From a virus, in the IMG/VR virus record IMGVR_UViG_3300028840_002420, positions 1-64,000 of that record: a stretch of DNA of 64,000 nucleotides. One strand, 5' to 3'. The translations under genes were made by a program, and so were the position numbers. This document shows, piece after piece, positions 1 to 8,165 of the stretch. The notes under the pieces are model-generated. The model was not told the origin of the DNA and did no database searches. It was given only the letters and a program-made list of their open reading frames with translations. The first letter of the stretch is position 1. Each line of letters opens with the position of its first letter.

Positions 1-783
1 CGTCAGTGGCAGATGATGATTGCGGGGGTTTCCAACGCCGGCAAAACGCCGATGACCAATGTCGATGAAGTGCAGTGGATCGATCTGCACAGCAACAATC
101 GCGACATGGAGTTTTCTGCGTGGATGGACTGGCTGATCAAGATCACGTGCGCTGTGATGCAGTTCGATCCGGCCGAGATGAATTTCTCGTACGGGAACAC
201 GGGCCAGCAAAGCCAGATGTTCGCAACGCCGGTTGAGTCCAAGATCCAGCAAAGTAAGGACAAGGGGCTTAAGCCGCTGCTTGAAGATCTAGCCCTGTGG
301 ATTAACACGCACCTGATCTGGCCGCTCGATCCTGCGATGGAGTTTGCGTTTCTGGGGCTGTCGGCGAAGTCCTCTGACCAGGCCGTGGACCTGGCGAAAA
401 AGCAGGTCACGTACCTCAAGACGGTGGACGAGCTGCGGGCCGAAGAGGATTTGGAGCCGCTGCCTGACGGCGCCGGCGAGGTCATCCTTGATCCGACGTG
501 GCTGCAGAACAAGCAGGCTCAGGAAGCAGCTCAGGCCGGGATGGGGGAGCCTGGTCAGGAGATGGGCGATGTCGCGAGCCTGGTCGGCGAGCAGCAGGAA
601 GAGGAAGAGCTGGACGAAGACGATAGTGGCTTCGGGGACATCTTCGCGGAGGACTCGCCGAGCGAGAAGTCTCTGAAGGCCTTTCACGCGCGGCGTCAAC
701 AGCTCGTTGCTTCGCGCATCCGCTCGCCAGGCGAGCTGCGGAAAAGCAAGGCCAAGGTCAAGGTCTACGAGATCGAGCTGTAA
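1..783 (+). CDS. Portal protein, C-terminal part (5'-truncated by window edge)
   Basis: Frame is open from base 1. The motifs WIDL..NNRDMEF..W..WL.K..CAV.Q.DPAEMNF, SKDKGLKPLL and TVDELRAEEDLEPL are typical of large-myophage portals. First gene of the head module. Confidence 0.8.
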   Translation, partial: RQWQMMIAGVSNAGKTPMTNVDEVQWIDLHSNNRDMEFSAWMDWLIKITCAVMQFDPAEMNFSYGNTGQQSQMFATPVESKIQQSKDKGLKPLLEDLALWINTHLIWPLDPAMEFAFLGLSAKSSDQAVDLAKKQVTYLKTVDELRAEEDLEPLPDGAGEVILDPTWLQNKQAQEAAQAGMGEPGQEMGDVASLVGEQQEEEELDEDDSGFGDIFAEDSPSEKSLKAFHARRQQLVASRIRSPGELRKSKAKVKVYEIEL

Positions 784-795
784 CGGAGGCACGTC

Positions 796-1206
796 ATGTC
801 GATTCGAGTTCGTCACCAGATAATCCTTGTCGCGTCGGAGGTTCCCGATCCGGTCAACACCGACGAGTTGATGTGTCACTTCAAGCGCGAAGCCGAGTCG
901 ATCTCGCAGGTGATCGAGACCGACATGGATCACGAAGAATCGGGCTCATTTCTGGTGACCGCTTCGGGTGGAACGAAGACGCTGCCGATGGGTAACGTGG
1001 TCACGGGCAAGATCCTCTACATCGAGGCGTCGGGTGATTTGGAAGTGCGGCTTGATGGCGAAGGCTCCGGACATTCGCTCAAGGCGAAGGCCTCCGGGGT
1101 GAAACGCAAGCTGTTTCTGTCGTCTGAGTTCACTTCGGCTCCGGTCTTGGTCAATGCGGGCGCTGCCGATATCACGGGCTCGTTCTTTCTAGCCGGCGAT
1201 GTATAG
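796..1206 (+). CDS. Hypothetical virion protein
   Basis: GGAGG RBS, beta-rich 136 aa, head-module position. Confidence 0.6.
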   Translation: MSIRVRHQIILVASEVPDPVNTDELMCHFKREAESISQVIETDMDHEESGSFLVTASGGTKTLPMGNVVTGKILYIEASGDLEVRLDGEGSGHSLKAKASGVKRKLFLSSEFTSAPVLVNAGAADITGSFFLAGDV

Positions 1207-1211
1207 GCCTG

Positions 1212-1481
1212 ATGAAGCTGCGTATCGCAGAGGCGGTACCCGGTGAGCTGCTAAGCCGGGCTGTCGAGGCCGTCCGCGTTATCGAGCGGATAACAGGTCG
1301 CTGTCTGCTCAGAGACGATCTACGGAAGGCATCTTCCAAGTCAGCGCAGCCGTCGAAGACTTCGCCCAGTAAGCCTCAGTTCGAATATCCCGTGCTCGCC
1401 GGAACGGTGAAGCGCGGGGGTAAAGAGATCGAGCGGATCCGGAAGCTGATGCTCGAGCGCATGGGAGAGGTGCTCGACTGA
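1212..1481 (+). CDS. Hypothetical protein
   Basis: 89 aa; TGATG overlap with the next gene. Confidence 0.6.
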   Translation: MKLRIAEAVPGELLSRAVEAVRVIERITGRCLLRDDLRKASSKSAQPSKTSPSKPQFEYPVLAGTVKRGGKEIERIRKLMLERMGEVLD

Positions 1482-3622
1482 TGGCGGCGCTGACCCCAGA
1501 GCAGATCAAGAAGCTGCGCCAGATCATCGCGGATGCGTCGACGGCCGCAGCCGTGGTGACCAGTGGCTACGAGATCCCGGATGAGGATCTGAAGCGGTTG
1601 ATCGATGAAGGGTTCATCGACCCCGAGCAGATCGAAAACTTCGTGTTGGACGGATTCACGTTCGGTCAGCTGATGTCGAAGATCCCGCAGGCTAAGGACT
1701 GGCTTTACTCACGTTTTCAAAAGTTCTTGGGCGCTAATCCCGTCGCGCTGACTTCAGCAGAGCAGCGGGCCTACGATTTTGCGAGCGCTCGAGCGGGGAC
1801 GTACATCGTTGGGCTGGGGAACCGATATAGCCAGGAGTTGGGGACGGTCCTGATTGACGCGGACCAGGCGTTGGCCGATCGGCTGCGGGTGGGGGTGAGA
1901 TCAGCTGTCGCGGAGAAAAAGGCCCGTCGTCAAACTGTTGGCGAGCTGAAGACGAATCTCGGCCGGTTGTCCGAAGATTGGGCGCGCGATTGGGATCGCG
2001 TAGCTGCGACGGAATCGCACAACGCCCATCAGGAGGGCGTGCTGTCGGCGACTGTCGCGCGGCATGGCGGCGGTGCGATGATGGCGAAGATCCCGGAGCC
2101 GGATGCCTGCAAGCATTGCAGGCGGCTTTACCTGGGATCGGATGGGCTGCCGATCGTTAAGCCGGCGAGCTGGTGGCAAGCTCAAGGCACCAATGCGGGG
2201 CTGAAGCCGGCCGATTGGAAACCGGTGCTCGGTGCGATGCACCCGTGGTGTCGGTGTCAGCTGGTTCGTGTTCCGGCCGGGTTTGGCTTCAATGACGACC
2301 TCGAGCTGCTCCCAGAGAGCGATCTCGACAAGTCGGATAGCTTGCCGGAGGGCAGCAAGCTAACGAAGGGCGACAAGCTGCCGGGAGGCAAGGCCGACAA
2401 ACGCAAGCCGGGTGATTTCGACCAGGCCTCGCTGAAAGAGGGGACCGAGCACGAGCTGGAGCACACCAACGATCGGAAGATCGCCCAAGAGATCGCGATG
2501 GACCATCTGGCCGAAGATCCGGACTACTACGTCAAGCTTCGGCGGATTGAGAAAGCTCGCAAGCTGCACGGCCGAAAGCGGTTCGCCGGGTTCAACATCT
2601 CGATCGAAAACCGCAAGGGTTCGGTTCGGCGTTGGTACGATCCGGGCACCAAGACTCACGGCGAAACGAAGATGTTGTGGCCTTATGGCTACATCCGGAT
2701 GACGGAGGGGATGGACGGCGATCACGTGGATGTGTTTCTGGGGCCGGATGAGGCTGCGCCGAATGTCTACGTGGTCCATCAGCTCAAAGCTCCGCATTTC
2801 GAGCGCTACGATGAAGATAAGGTGATGCTCGGGTGGCGATCGGCTAAGGCCGCAAAGCAGGCCTATCTGACGCACTACGATCGGCCGGAGTTCTTCGGCG
2901 GAATGACTACGATGCCGCTGGAGGTGTTCCGCAAAAAGGTCTATTCGCGGAAACGACAGATGATCAAGGCGGCGGAGCGCCGCAAGGCCAACGGACAGAT
3001 CGGGCTACCGTTTGAGGATCCGCTACAGTCGGTCGAGGTTTGGCAAAAGGCTGTCCAGTCCGCGGGTGTTCCGCTGGGGAGCTTCGGGCTGGTCGTGGCT
3101 AAGGCTCGAGCTGGTGATGCGGACGCTCGAGCGCAGCTCGAGACTGTCTACGATGAGCTGGAAAAGGCCAATGCGTTCGAGGTCTATCCGCGGAAAGACC
3201 TGGCGACACTCAACACGATGGGCAACTACGATGGCAAGGCGGCGCGGACAGCGGGCGCGAACGTACGGCCTGGTCCGCAGACGGCCAATCCGGTCGACTG
3301 GCCGCCAGGGCGTGATCCGAAGAAACGGCGCCGGAAGCCGCGCAAGGTCATTTCCGACTATCCAGGGGCGGAGCGGGTCGGAGATACTCCTGATCATCTG
3401 GTAGATCCGAAACGGCGGTTCGATGTGAAGGGGGCCGGGTTCGAGCCGGGCAATCGCACGAGCGGGGATATGGAGTTGGTCGAGCAGTATCAGGAGCCGG
3501 AAAGGCGTGCGGACGCGGCAAACAACAAAGAAGCGCTGATGGCTCAGACAGAGGGGCGGATCGAGCTACGTGGTCCGTTGCCGCTGAACGAGCCGGCCAA
3601 AAGCGGGCGGAGCGACAAATGA
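1481..3622 (+). CDS. MuF-like head morphogenesis protein fused to DUF5661-like and inorganic-pyrophosphatase-like (InPase) domains
   Basis: MuF: DWDRVAATE...AC..C...HPWCRC. DUF5661-like: LPGGKAD...G.EHELEHT....A.EIAMDHL.EDP.YY. PPase-like: ISIEN..GS.R...YGYI..T.G.DGDHVDVFLG...DEDKVMLG. Confidence 0.75.
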   Translation: MAALTPEQIKKLRQIIADASTAAAVVTSGYEIPDEDLKRLIDEGFIDPEQIENFVLDGFTFGQLMSKIPQAKDWLYSRFQKFLGANPVALTSAEQRAYDFASARAGTYIVGLGNRYSQELGTVLIDADQALADRLRVGVRSAVAEKKARRQTVGELKTNLGRLSEDWARDWDRVAATESHNAHQEGVLSATVARHGGGAMMAKIPEPDACKHCRRLYLGSDGLPIVKPASWWQAQGTNAGLKPADWKPVLGAMHPWCRCQLVRVPAGFGFNDDLELLPESDLDKSDSLPEGSKLTKGDKLPGGKADKRKPGDFDQASLKEGTEHELEHTNDRKIAQEIAMDHLAEDPDYYVKLRRIEKARKLHGRKRFAGFNISIENRKGSVRRWYDPGTKTHGETKMLWPYGYIRMTEGMDGDHVDVFLGPDEAAPNVYVVHQLKAPHFERYDEDKVMLGWRSAKAAKQAYLTHYDRPEFFGGMTTMPLEVFRKKVYSRKRQMIKAAERRKANGQIGLPFEDPLQSVEVWQKAVQSAGVPLGSFGLVVAKARAGDADARAQLETVYDELEKANAFEVYPRKDLATLNTMGNYDGKAARTAGANVRPGPQTANPVDWPPGRDPKKRRRKPRKVISDYPGAERVGDTPDHLVDPKRRFDVKGAGFEPGNRTSGDMELVEQYQEPERRADAANNKEALMAQTEGRIELRGPLPLNEPAKSGRSDK

Positions 3623-5550
3623 ATCCTTTGCAGTGGTTAGGAAACCTTATAAAGGCCGAGCAGTTGGGGTTGTTCAACCGACCAGCGAAGCCCAAGAAGG
3701 CGCCGGCCGCGTGGCAGGCGGTACCGCGTAGTAAAGTTCCCGGAGCTCAACGGCGCCGAAAGGGGACGGGCTGGGAGTACCGCTACCCCAAGCCGGGCGG
3801 GGGGTACTCGAGCACGCCTCCAGAAGAGCCGAAAGCGAAGCCAGCCGCGCCGAAGCCATCGGGGCCGGTCGAGGTCCGTAGGACGCAAAGTGGCTGGGTG
3901 GCGGTTCAGGGGGCCAAGATTGTTTACCGAGGCTCAGAGGCAGAGGTGCGGTCGTTTGCGGCTGGAGCGGCTGGAGAGCCTTCGCCGGCCGTGGCAGCGC
4001 TGCGGAAGCCCAAGAAGGGCTCGAAAGAGTGGGTGCAGTGGATCCGGGAGCAGACCCTGAAGTACCGCAAAAAGGGCTTCACAGTCACGCAGCTGCGCCA
4101 GACCCTCAAAGAGGAAGGTGCGGACGCTTCGCAGATTCGGGCGGCTCTGGAGTACGCTCGTGATCGGATGCCGAAGCCGGAGCCGCAATCAGCTCCGCGT
4201 TTGACGATCGCGGCCAAGCCGGTTGCGGAACGTGGAAAGGAGATCGAGGTTTCGGAGGGGCGCTACAAGGGTAAGGTGGCTCAGCTGTCCGCAAAGACGA
4301 GCCATGAAGACGCCAAAAAGCGAGCCGAGGCCATGACTCCGGAGCCTGAGCCGAACGAGGCCGGGCGGATCCATCGGACTCCGGGAAGAACGCCGGCGAC
4401 GGCGCTGGGGCCGGATGGGACCTGGTACGCGGGCAATCTGACGAATATCCGACTGCTCATCCAGGCCAAGCCGGAGACGAAGCTGGTCGGGAAGATTTAT
4501 AGCTCGGGGACAAAGCCGGGCTGGCACGGGGCGACGGCTGGTTGGATGGCGGATGAGGAGCTAGCTCGGGTGCGGGGCTATTTCGACCAGTCCAAAACAA
4601 AGCTGCCCGCTCCGAAGAAGCCGCTCAAGACTGCTCGAGCGCTCGAGAAGGAGTTGGCCAAGCACGGATTTGATGTTGCGGACGGACGGGGCTGGAAGCG
4701 CGGAGACTACGCCGCTGTGACGATTTACAGCGTCAAAGGTAAAGACGAGCGGGAGCAGCAGGGGCGCGCGGAGGCGGCAGCTGAGCAGCTTTGGGGACGT
4801 GGTTCTGTCACGGTGTACGTCTCACGCGATCCGAAGCCTGAGCCGCGTAAGAAGGGGGCGTTGAAGTGGCCTCCGGAGTCTGGAATCCAGGAGCGTCAGG
4901 GCTACGGTCCGAATCCATGGCAGGGGGGCAAGTACGAAGAGACTCAGCGGCTGTCGACGCCGGAGATCGCCAAGCGGATCCGTGAGGATTTGAAAGAGGC
5001 CGTCAAGCTCGGGTATTTGCCGAAGCAGTTCAAGGCCTCGGTAACGACTGAGAGTTTCTCGATGGGCTCGAGCCTCAGTCTGACGGTCAAGGATATGCCG
5101 GCCGATTTCAAGATGTTCGAGCGCGATCCAGATCCGATGCGCGAGCGGTACGGGCATATCACCGATGATCTGGCGATGACTCCGCAAGCCAAGGAGCTGA
5201 TGGACAACCTCAACGCGATGGTCAATCAGTACCGTTATCAGGACAACGACCCGATGACAGACTACTTTTCGACCAATTTCTACAGCCACGTCGAATTCGA
5301 TTCGGATTTGCGGACGTTCCATCAGCTGCTGGCGACGGACAAGGGTAAGGCCAACGCGTTCTATGCGGGAGTCGAGGTGCTGAATTCGAAAAAGCCGGAT
5401 GTCTCGATTGTCGGAGACGCGTTGGTCGGTATCCAGGGCAGCGGCTTGAGCAAGGACTATCCGCACCTGGAGCGGAAGGTGAAGGAGCTGCACGAGAAGC
5501 TGAGCGTCAAGAAGTCCGAAGGTGCGGAATCGGAGGACGCGCTGTCGTGA
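3619..5550 (+). CDS. Polyvalent (probably packaged) protein with LPD29-like domain
   Basis: EIAKRIREDLK...FKASV....FSMGSSL.L.V...NDPMTDYF.TNFY resembles LPD29. N-terminal RRRKG.GWEYRY motif. ATGA overlap with the MuF gene. Confidence 0.6.
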   Translation: MNPLQWLGNLIKAEQLGLFNRPAKPKKAPAAWQAVPRSKVPGAQRRRKGTGWEYRYPKPGGGYSSTPPEEPKAKPAAPKPSGPVEVRRTQSGWVAVQGAKIVYRGSEAEVRSFAAGAAGEPSPAVAALRKPKKGSKEWVQWIREQTLKYRKKGFTVTQLRQTLKEEGADASQIRAALEYARDRMPKPEPQSAPRLTIAAKPVAERGKEIEVSEGRYKGKVAQLSAKTSHEDAKKRAEAMTPEPEPNEAGRIHRTPGRTPATALGPDGTWYAGNLTNIRLLIQAKPETKLVGKIYSSGTKPGWHGATAGWMADEELARVRGYFDQSKTKLPAPKKPLKTARALEKELAKHGFDVADGRGWKRGDYAAVTIYSVKGKDEREQQGRAEAAAEQLWGRGSVTVYVSRDPKPEPRKKGALKWPPESGIQERQGYGPNPWQGGKYEETQRLSTPEIAKRIREDLKEAVKLGYLPKQFKASVTTESFSMGSSLSLTVKDMPADFKMFERDPDPMRERYGHITDDLAMTPQAKELMDNLNAMVNQYRYQDNDPMTDYFSTNFYSHVEFDSDLRTFHQLLATDKGKANAFYAGVEVLNSKKPDVSIVGDALVGIQGSGLSKDYPHLERKVKELHEKLSVKKSEGAESEDALS

Positions 5551-5786
5551 TTCCGCGTTGTCCACACTGTCGGGCTGTTATTCTTCAGAAGTCGCTGGAC
5601 GGAAAGATCAAGATCCGCACGAATATCGTGGTGTTTGACGAAGATCGGGCGATTGTCAAATGCCGGAGATGTAAGACGGATGTCCCGGTGGATGTCCAGC
5701 TCGGTGCGGAATTGCGGAAAGCGTTGAACGGTGGTCCGCGGCTCGTGGTGCGGAATTCCCTTGACGGTTCCGCAACTGACCCGTAG
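5547..5786 (+). CDS. Small Cys4 zinc-ribbon protein (Mu Com-like)
   Basis: RCPHC...VKCRRCK, 79 aa, GTGA overlap. Confidence 0.6.
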   Translation: MIPRCPHCRAVILQKSLDGKIKIRTNIVVFDEDRAIVKCRRCKTDVPVDVQLGAELRKALNGGPRLVVRNSLDGSATDP

Positions 5787-5789
5787 CTT
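5761..5789 (+). promoter_or_regulatory. Sigma70-like promoter for protease-scaffold-capsid genes
   Basis: TTGACG-17 nt-TAGCTT. Confidence 0.45.
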
Positions 5790-5839
5790 TCCATTCAGGA
5801 TCCCCACTAGGCCTAGTCGAGCGGACTGAGAGGCGCGGG

Positions 5840-6604
5840 ATGCGGAAACGCAGCTCGATGCTTCAGTCAGCCGACATTCCTTTCAAGTTCGAGATTCCGT
5901 TTGAGGTCTTTCACAAGGCCGGTGCGGAACCAGGGAAAGCGCGGCGCATCGGTGGGGTCATCTCGACAGAGGACAAGGATCGTCAAGGCGAGGTCGTGCT
6001 CCAGCGCGGCCTGGACTTCAGCGATTTCGTTACCAACGGCTGGTTCAACGACAACCACAGCAAGGCGACAACGGACATCGTTGGTTATCCGGAGATGATC
6101 GAAAAGCGGATCGTCGGCGGAAAGCCCGTCCACTACGTCGAGGGTTATCTGCTCGAAGGTCACGAGCCTGCGGACAAGATCTGGAATCTGGCTCAATCGC
6201 TGGCGCGGACCAATCGCCGGCTGGGCTTTTCGATCGAGGGCTCGGTATCGCGGCGGAGCGGTCACGATGGCTCGACCATCGCCAAGGCGAAGGTTCGCGA
6301 AGTCGCGATCACGAAATGTCCGGTCAACACATCGACAGGGTTGGAGATCCTGGCCAAGAGTCTGATGGCTGCGGAATCCGAAGGAGACGACTGGCGGAGA
6401 GCGCTGGCGGCCGGGCAGGCGGTCAGCAATCCCGGAGTCGCTCCGGGCTGCGGATTTGCTCTGCGGACCGAATCGATGGAGCGGAAACCGAAGAAACTGA
6501 CTCGCGGACAAGCTCGCGAGTTTCTGATGAAGCGATACCGCGGCATGTCGAAGGCGCTCGCGGATAGGATAATCGATAACGTCGTGGCGAGAAGCCTCGC
6601 CTGA
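5840..6604 (+). CDS. Prohead protease (alternative start 5858)
   Basis: IGGVISTED.DRQGEVV.Q.GLDF...GWFNDNH...LGFSIEG...EVAIT.CPVN matches HK97/Herelleviridae-type capsid maturation proteases. Confidence 0.85.
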   Translation: MRKRSSMLQSADIPFKFEIPFEVFHKAGAEPGKARRIGGVISTEDKDRQGEVVLQRGLDFSDFVTNGWFNDNHSKATTDIVGYPEMIEKRIVGGKPVHYVEGYLLEGHEPADKIWNLAQSLARTNRRLGFSIEGSVSRRSGHDGSTIAKAKVREVAITKCPVNTSTGLEILAKSLMAAESEGDDWRRALAAGQAVSNPGVAPGCGFALRTESMERKPKKLTRGQAREFLMKRYRGMSKALADRIIDNVVARSLA

Positions 6605-6620
6605 GTGCAAGGAGAGCAAC

Positions 6621-8084
6621 ATGGACCCTCAAATGAGCCTCGACGAGATGGCTGCCCAGATGGCGGAAAACATGGATCTGGGTCAGGGGCGCGGACGGCC
6701 GATCATGAAACCTGCAGCTGACGAGATGGCGAAAGGTGGCGCTCTGGGCGACATGCCTGGTTCGCGGCCAGGCCGTTCGGGAGCTGAAGGTGGGTTCACG
6801 CCGGACGCGGGCGGCCAGGTCATCGATGCGGCGGCGAAGAGCGGCGGAGCGCCGAGCGCGGCGGAGCTGGTGTCTAAAGCTGGCCCGTACACGGGTAGCC
6901 AGACCACCAAGGAGCCGGGCCGCCAGGGCGGTACACCGAAGGTGACCGACGACACCACGAGCGAGCCGAAAGGTGAAATCGGCGGTGGCGCTGGCGAGGG
7001 CGGCAACGTTGCCACAGCCGGCGACGAGTCCACGCGTGGGCGCAAGCCGGGCAAGGTCGGGATCTCGGGCGGCGGTGGCGAAGGCCAGCCGGGAGAGCCG
7101 GGGCTGCCTCAGAATCAGGACCAGTCCACGCGCGGCCGAAAGTCGGGCAAGGTCGGGATCAGCAAGTCCGAGCTGCGGGCCGAGATTGCCAAGGCGCAAG
7201 CCAATCTCGCCGAGCTGCAGGAGCTGGCCAAGGCCGCGGACGAAGATGACGACTTCGGCGACGAGGCCGAGAAGGGCCGGACCTGCAAGTCGGACGCCGA
7301 AGAGGTCGATCCGGATCAGCTGGTCAAGGCTCTCGATGTGCTGGAGAACCTTGGACAGGGCATTGCCGCGCCGACTCCCCAGGAGCGGAGCGCCGAGCTG
7401 GCCAAGGGTCTTTCGGAAGGAACGCTCACATCGGAAGAGATGATCGAGCTGACCGATCTGATGAAGGCCGAAGCTGAAGCCGACACGTCTGATCCGCTCG
7501 TCAAGAGCGACAGCGATCCCGAGTCTGATCTGGATCTGGAAGGAGAGCCCGAGCCGATGGGCAAGAGCGACAGTTTCCAAGAGCGTTGGGGCTCGGATCC
7601 CGAGAACCAGGAAGACTACGACGTGCAGCCGTTCTTGGAGCGGTTCAGTCAGCAGCATGCGGCCGGGCTCGACGAAGTGCAGGATCGGCTGTCCAAGTCG
7701 ATCGAGCAGCAGCAGTCTGAGCGGCGGGCGTATAACACGCAGCTGGCCAAGTCGCTGAAATTCATGGCTCAGCGCAATCTTCAGCAGGAAGAGCTGATCA
7801 AGTCGCTGACGCAGCGGCTCGAGCGGGTCGAAAACACGCCGATGCCTCGTGCGGGAGCGTCTGGCGCTCAGGCGATGCAGAAATCGATGGACGGCGAGGT
7901 CGGAGCCGGGCAGCAGCTCGATTACGATGTCATCGGCGACACGCTCGTCGACATGTCCATGCGCATGGACAAGGCTCCGTGCGGTGAGGATCTTCGCCGA
8001 GCGATGGCCGATTTCGAAACGTCGGGCAACCTGTCCAAGTCGCTGTATCGCGACGTGGTGAAGTACCGCCAGGAGAACCAGTAA
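6621..8084 (+). CDS. Capsid scaffold protein
   Basis: Acidic, Gly-rich and coiled-coil; lies between protease and MCP; many K|S/A sites; internal duplicated STRGRKxGKVGIS. Confidence 0.7.
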   Translation: MDPQMSLDEMAAQMAENMDLGQGRGRPIMKPAADEMAKGGALGDMPGSRPGRSGAEGGFTPDAGGQVIDAAAKSGGAPSAAELVSKAGPYTGSQTTKEPGRQGGTPKVTDDTTSEPKGEIGGGAGEGGNVATAGDESTRGRKPGKVGISGGGGEGQPGEPGLPQNQDQSTRGRKSGKVGISKSELRAEIAKAQANLAELQELAKAADEDDDFGDEAEKGRTCKSDAEEVDPDQLVKALDVLENLGQGIAAPTPQERSAELAKGLSEGTLTSEEMIELTDLMKAEAEADTSDPLVKSDSDPESDLDLEGEPEPMGKSDSFQERWGSDPENQEDYDVQPFLERFSQQHAAGLDEVQDRLSKSIEQQQSERRAYNTQLAKSLKFMAQRNLQQEELIKSLTQRLERVENTPMPRAGASGAQAMQKSMDGEVGAGQQLDYDVIGDTLVDMSMRMDKAPCGEDLRRAMADFETSGNLSKSLYRDVVKYRQENQ

Positions 8085-8148
8085 CGGCCCTGAAGGGTCG
8101 TCGAGGAACGCGCTGAAAGCGCATTGATAGAGACGCGCTGAAAGCGCA
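8085..8148 (+). promoter_or_regulatory. Three small UGAA(A)-loop hairpins including a 16-nt direct repeat
   Basis: CGGCCC-TGAA-GGGTCG at 8085-8100; ACGCGCTGAAAGCGCA at 8108-8123 and 8133-8148. Confidence 0.55.
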
Positions 8149-8165
8149 GAACAAGGAGATCCAGC

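Noticed and set aside
5825-5852. Hammerhead ribozyme (CTGAGA...GAAA)
   Set aside because: The stem II closing pair and stems I/III with a cleavage triplet cannot be formed convincingly.
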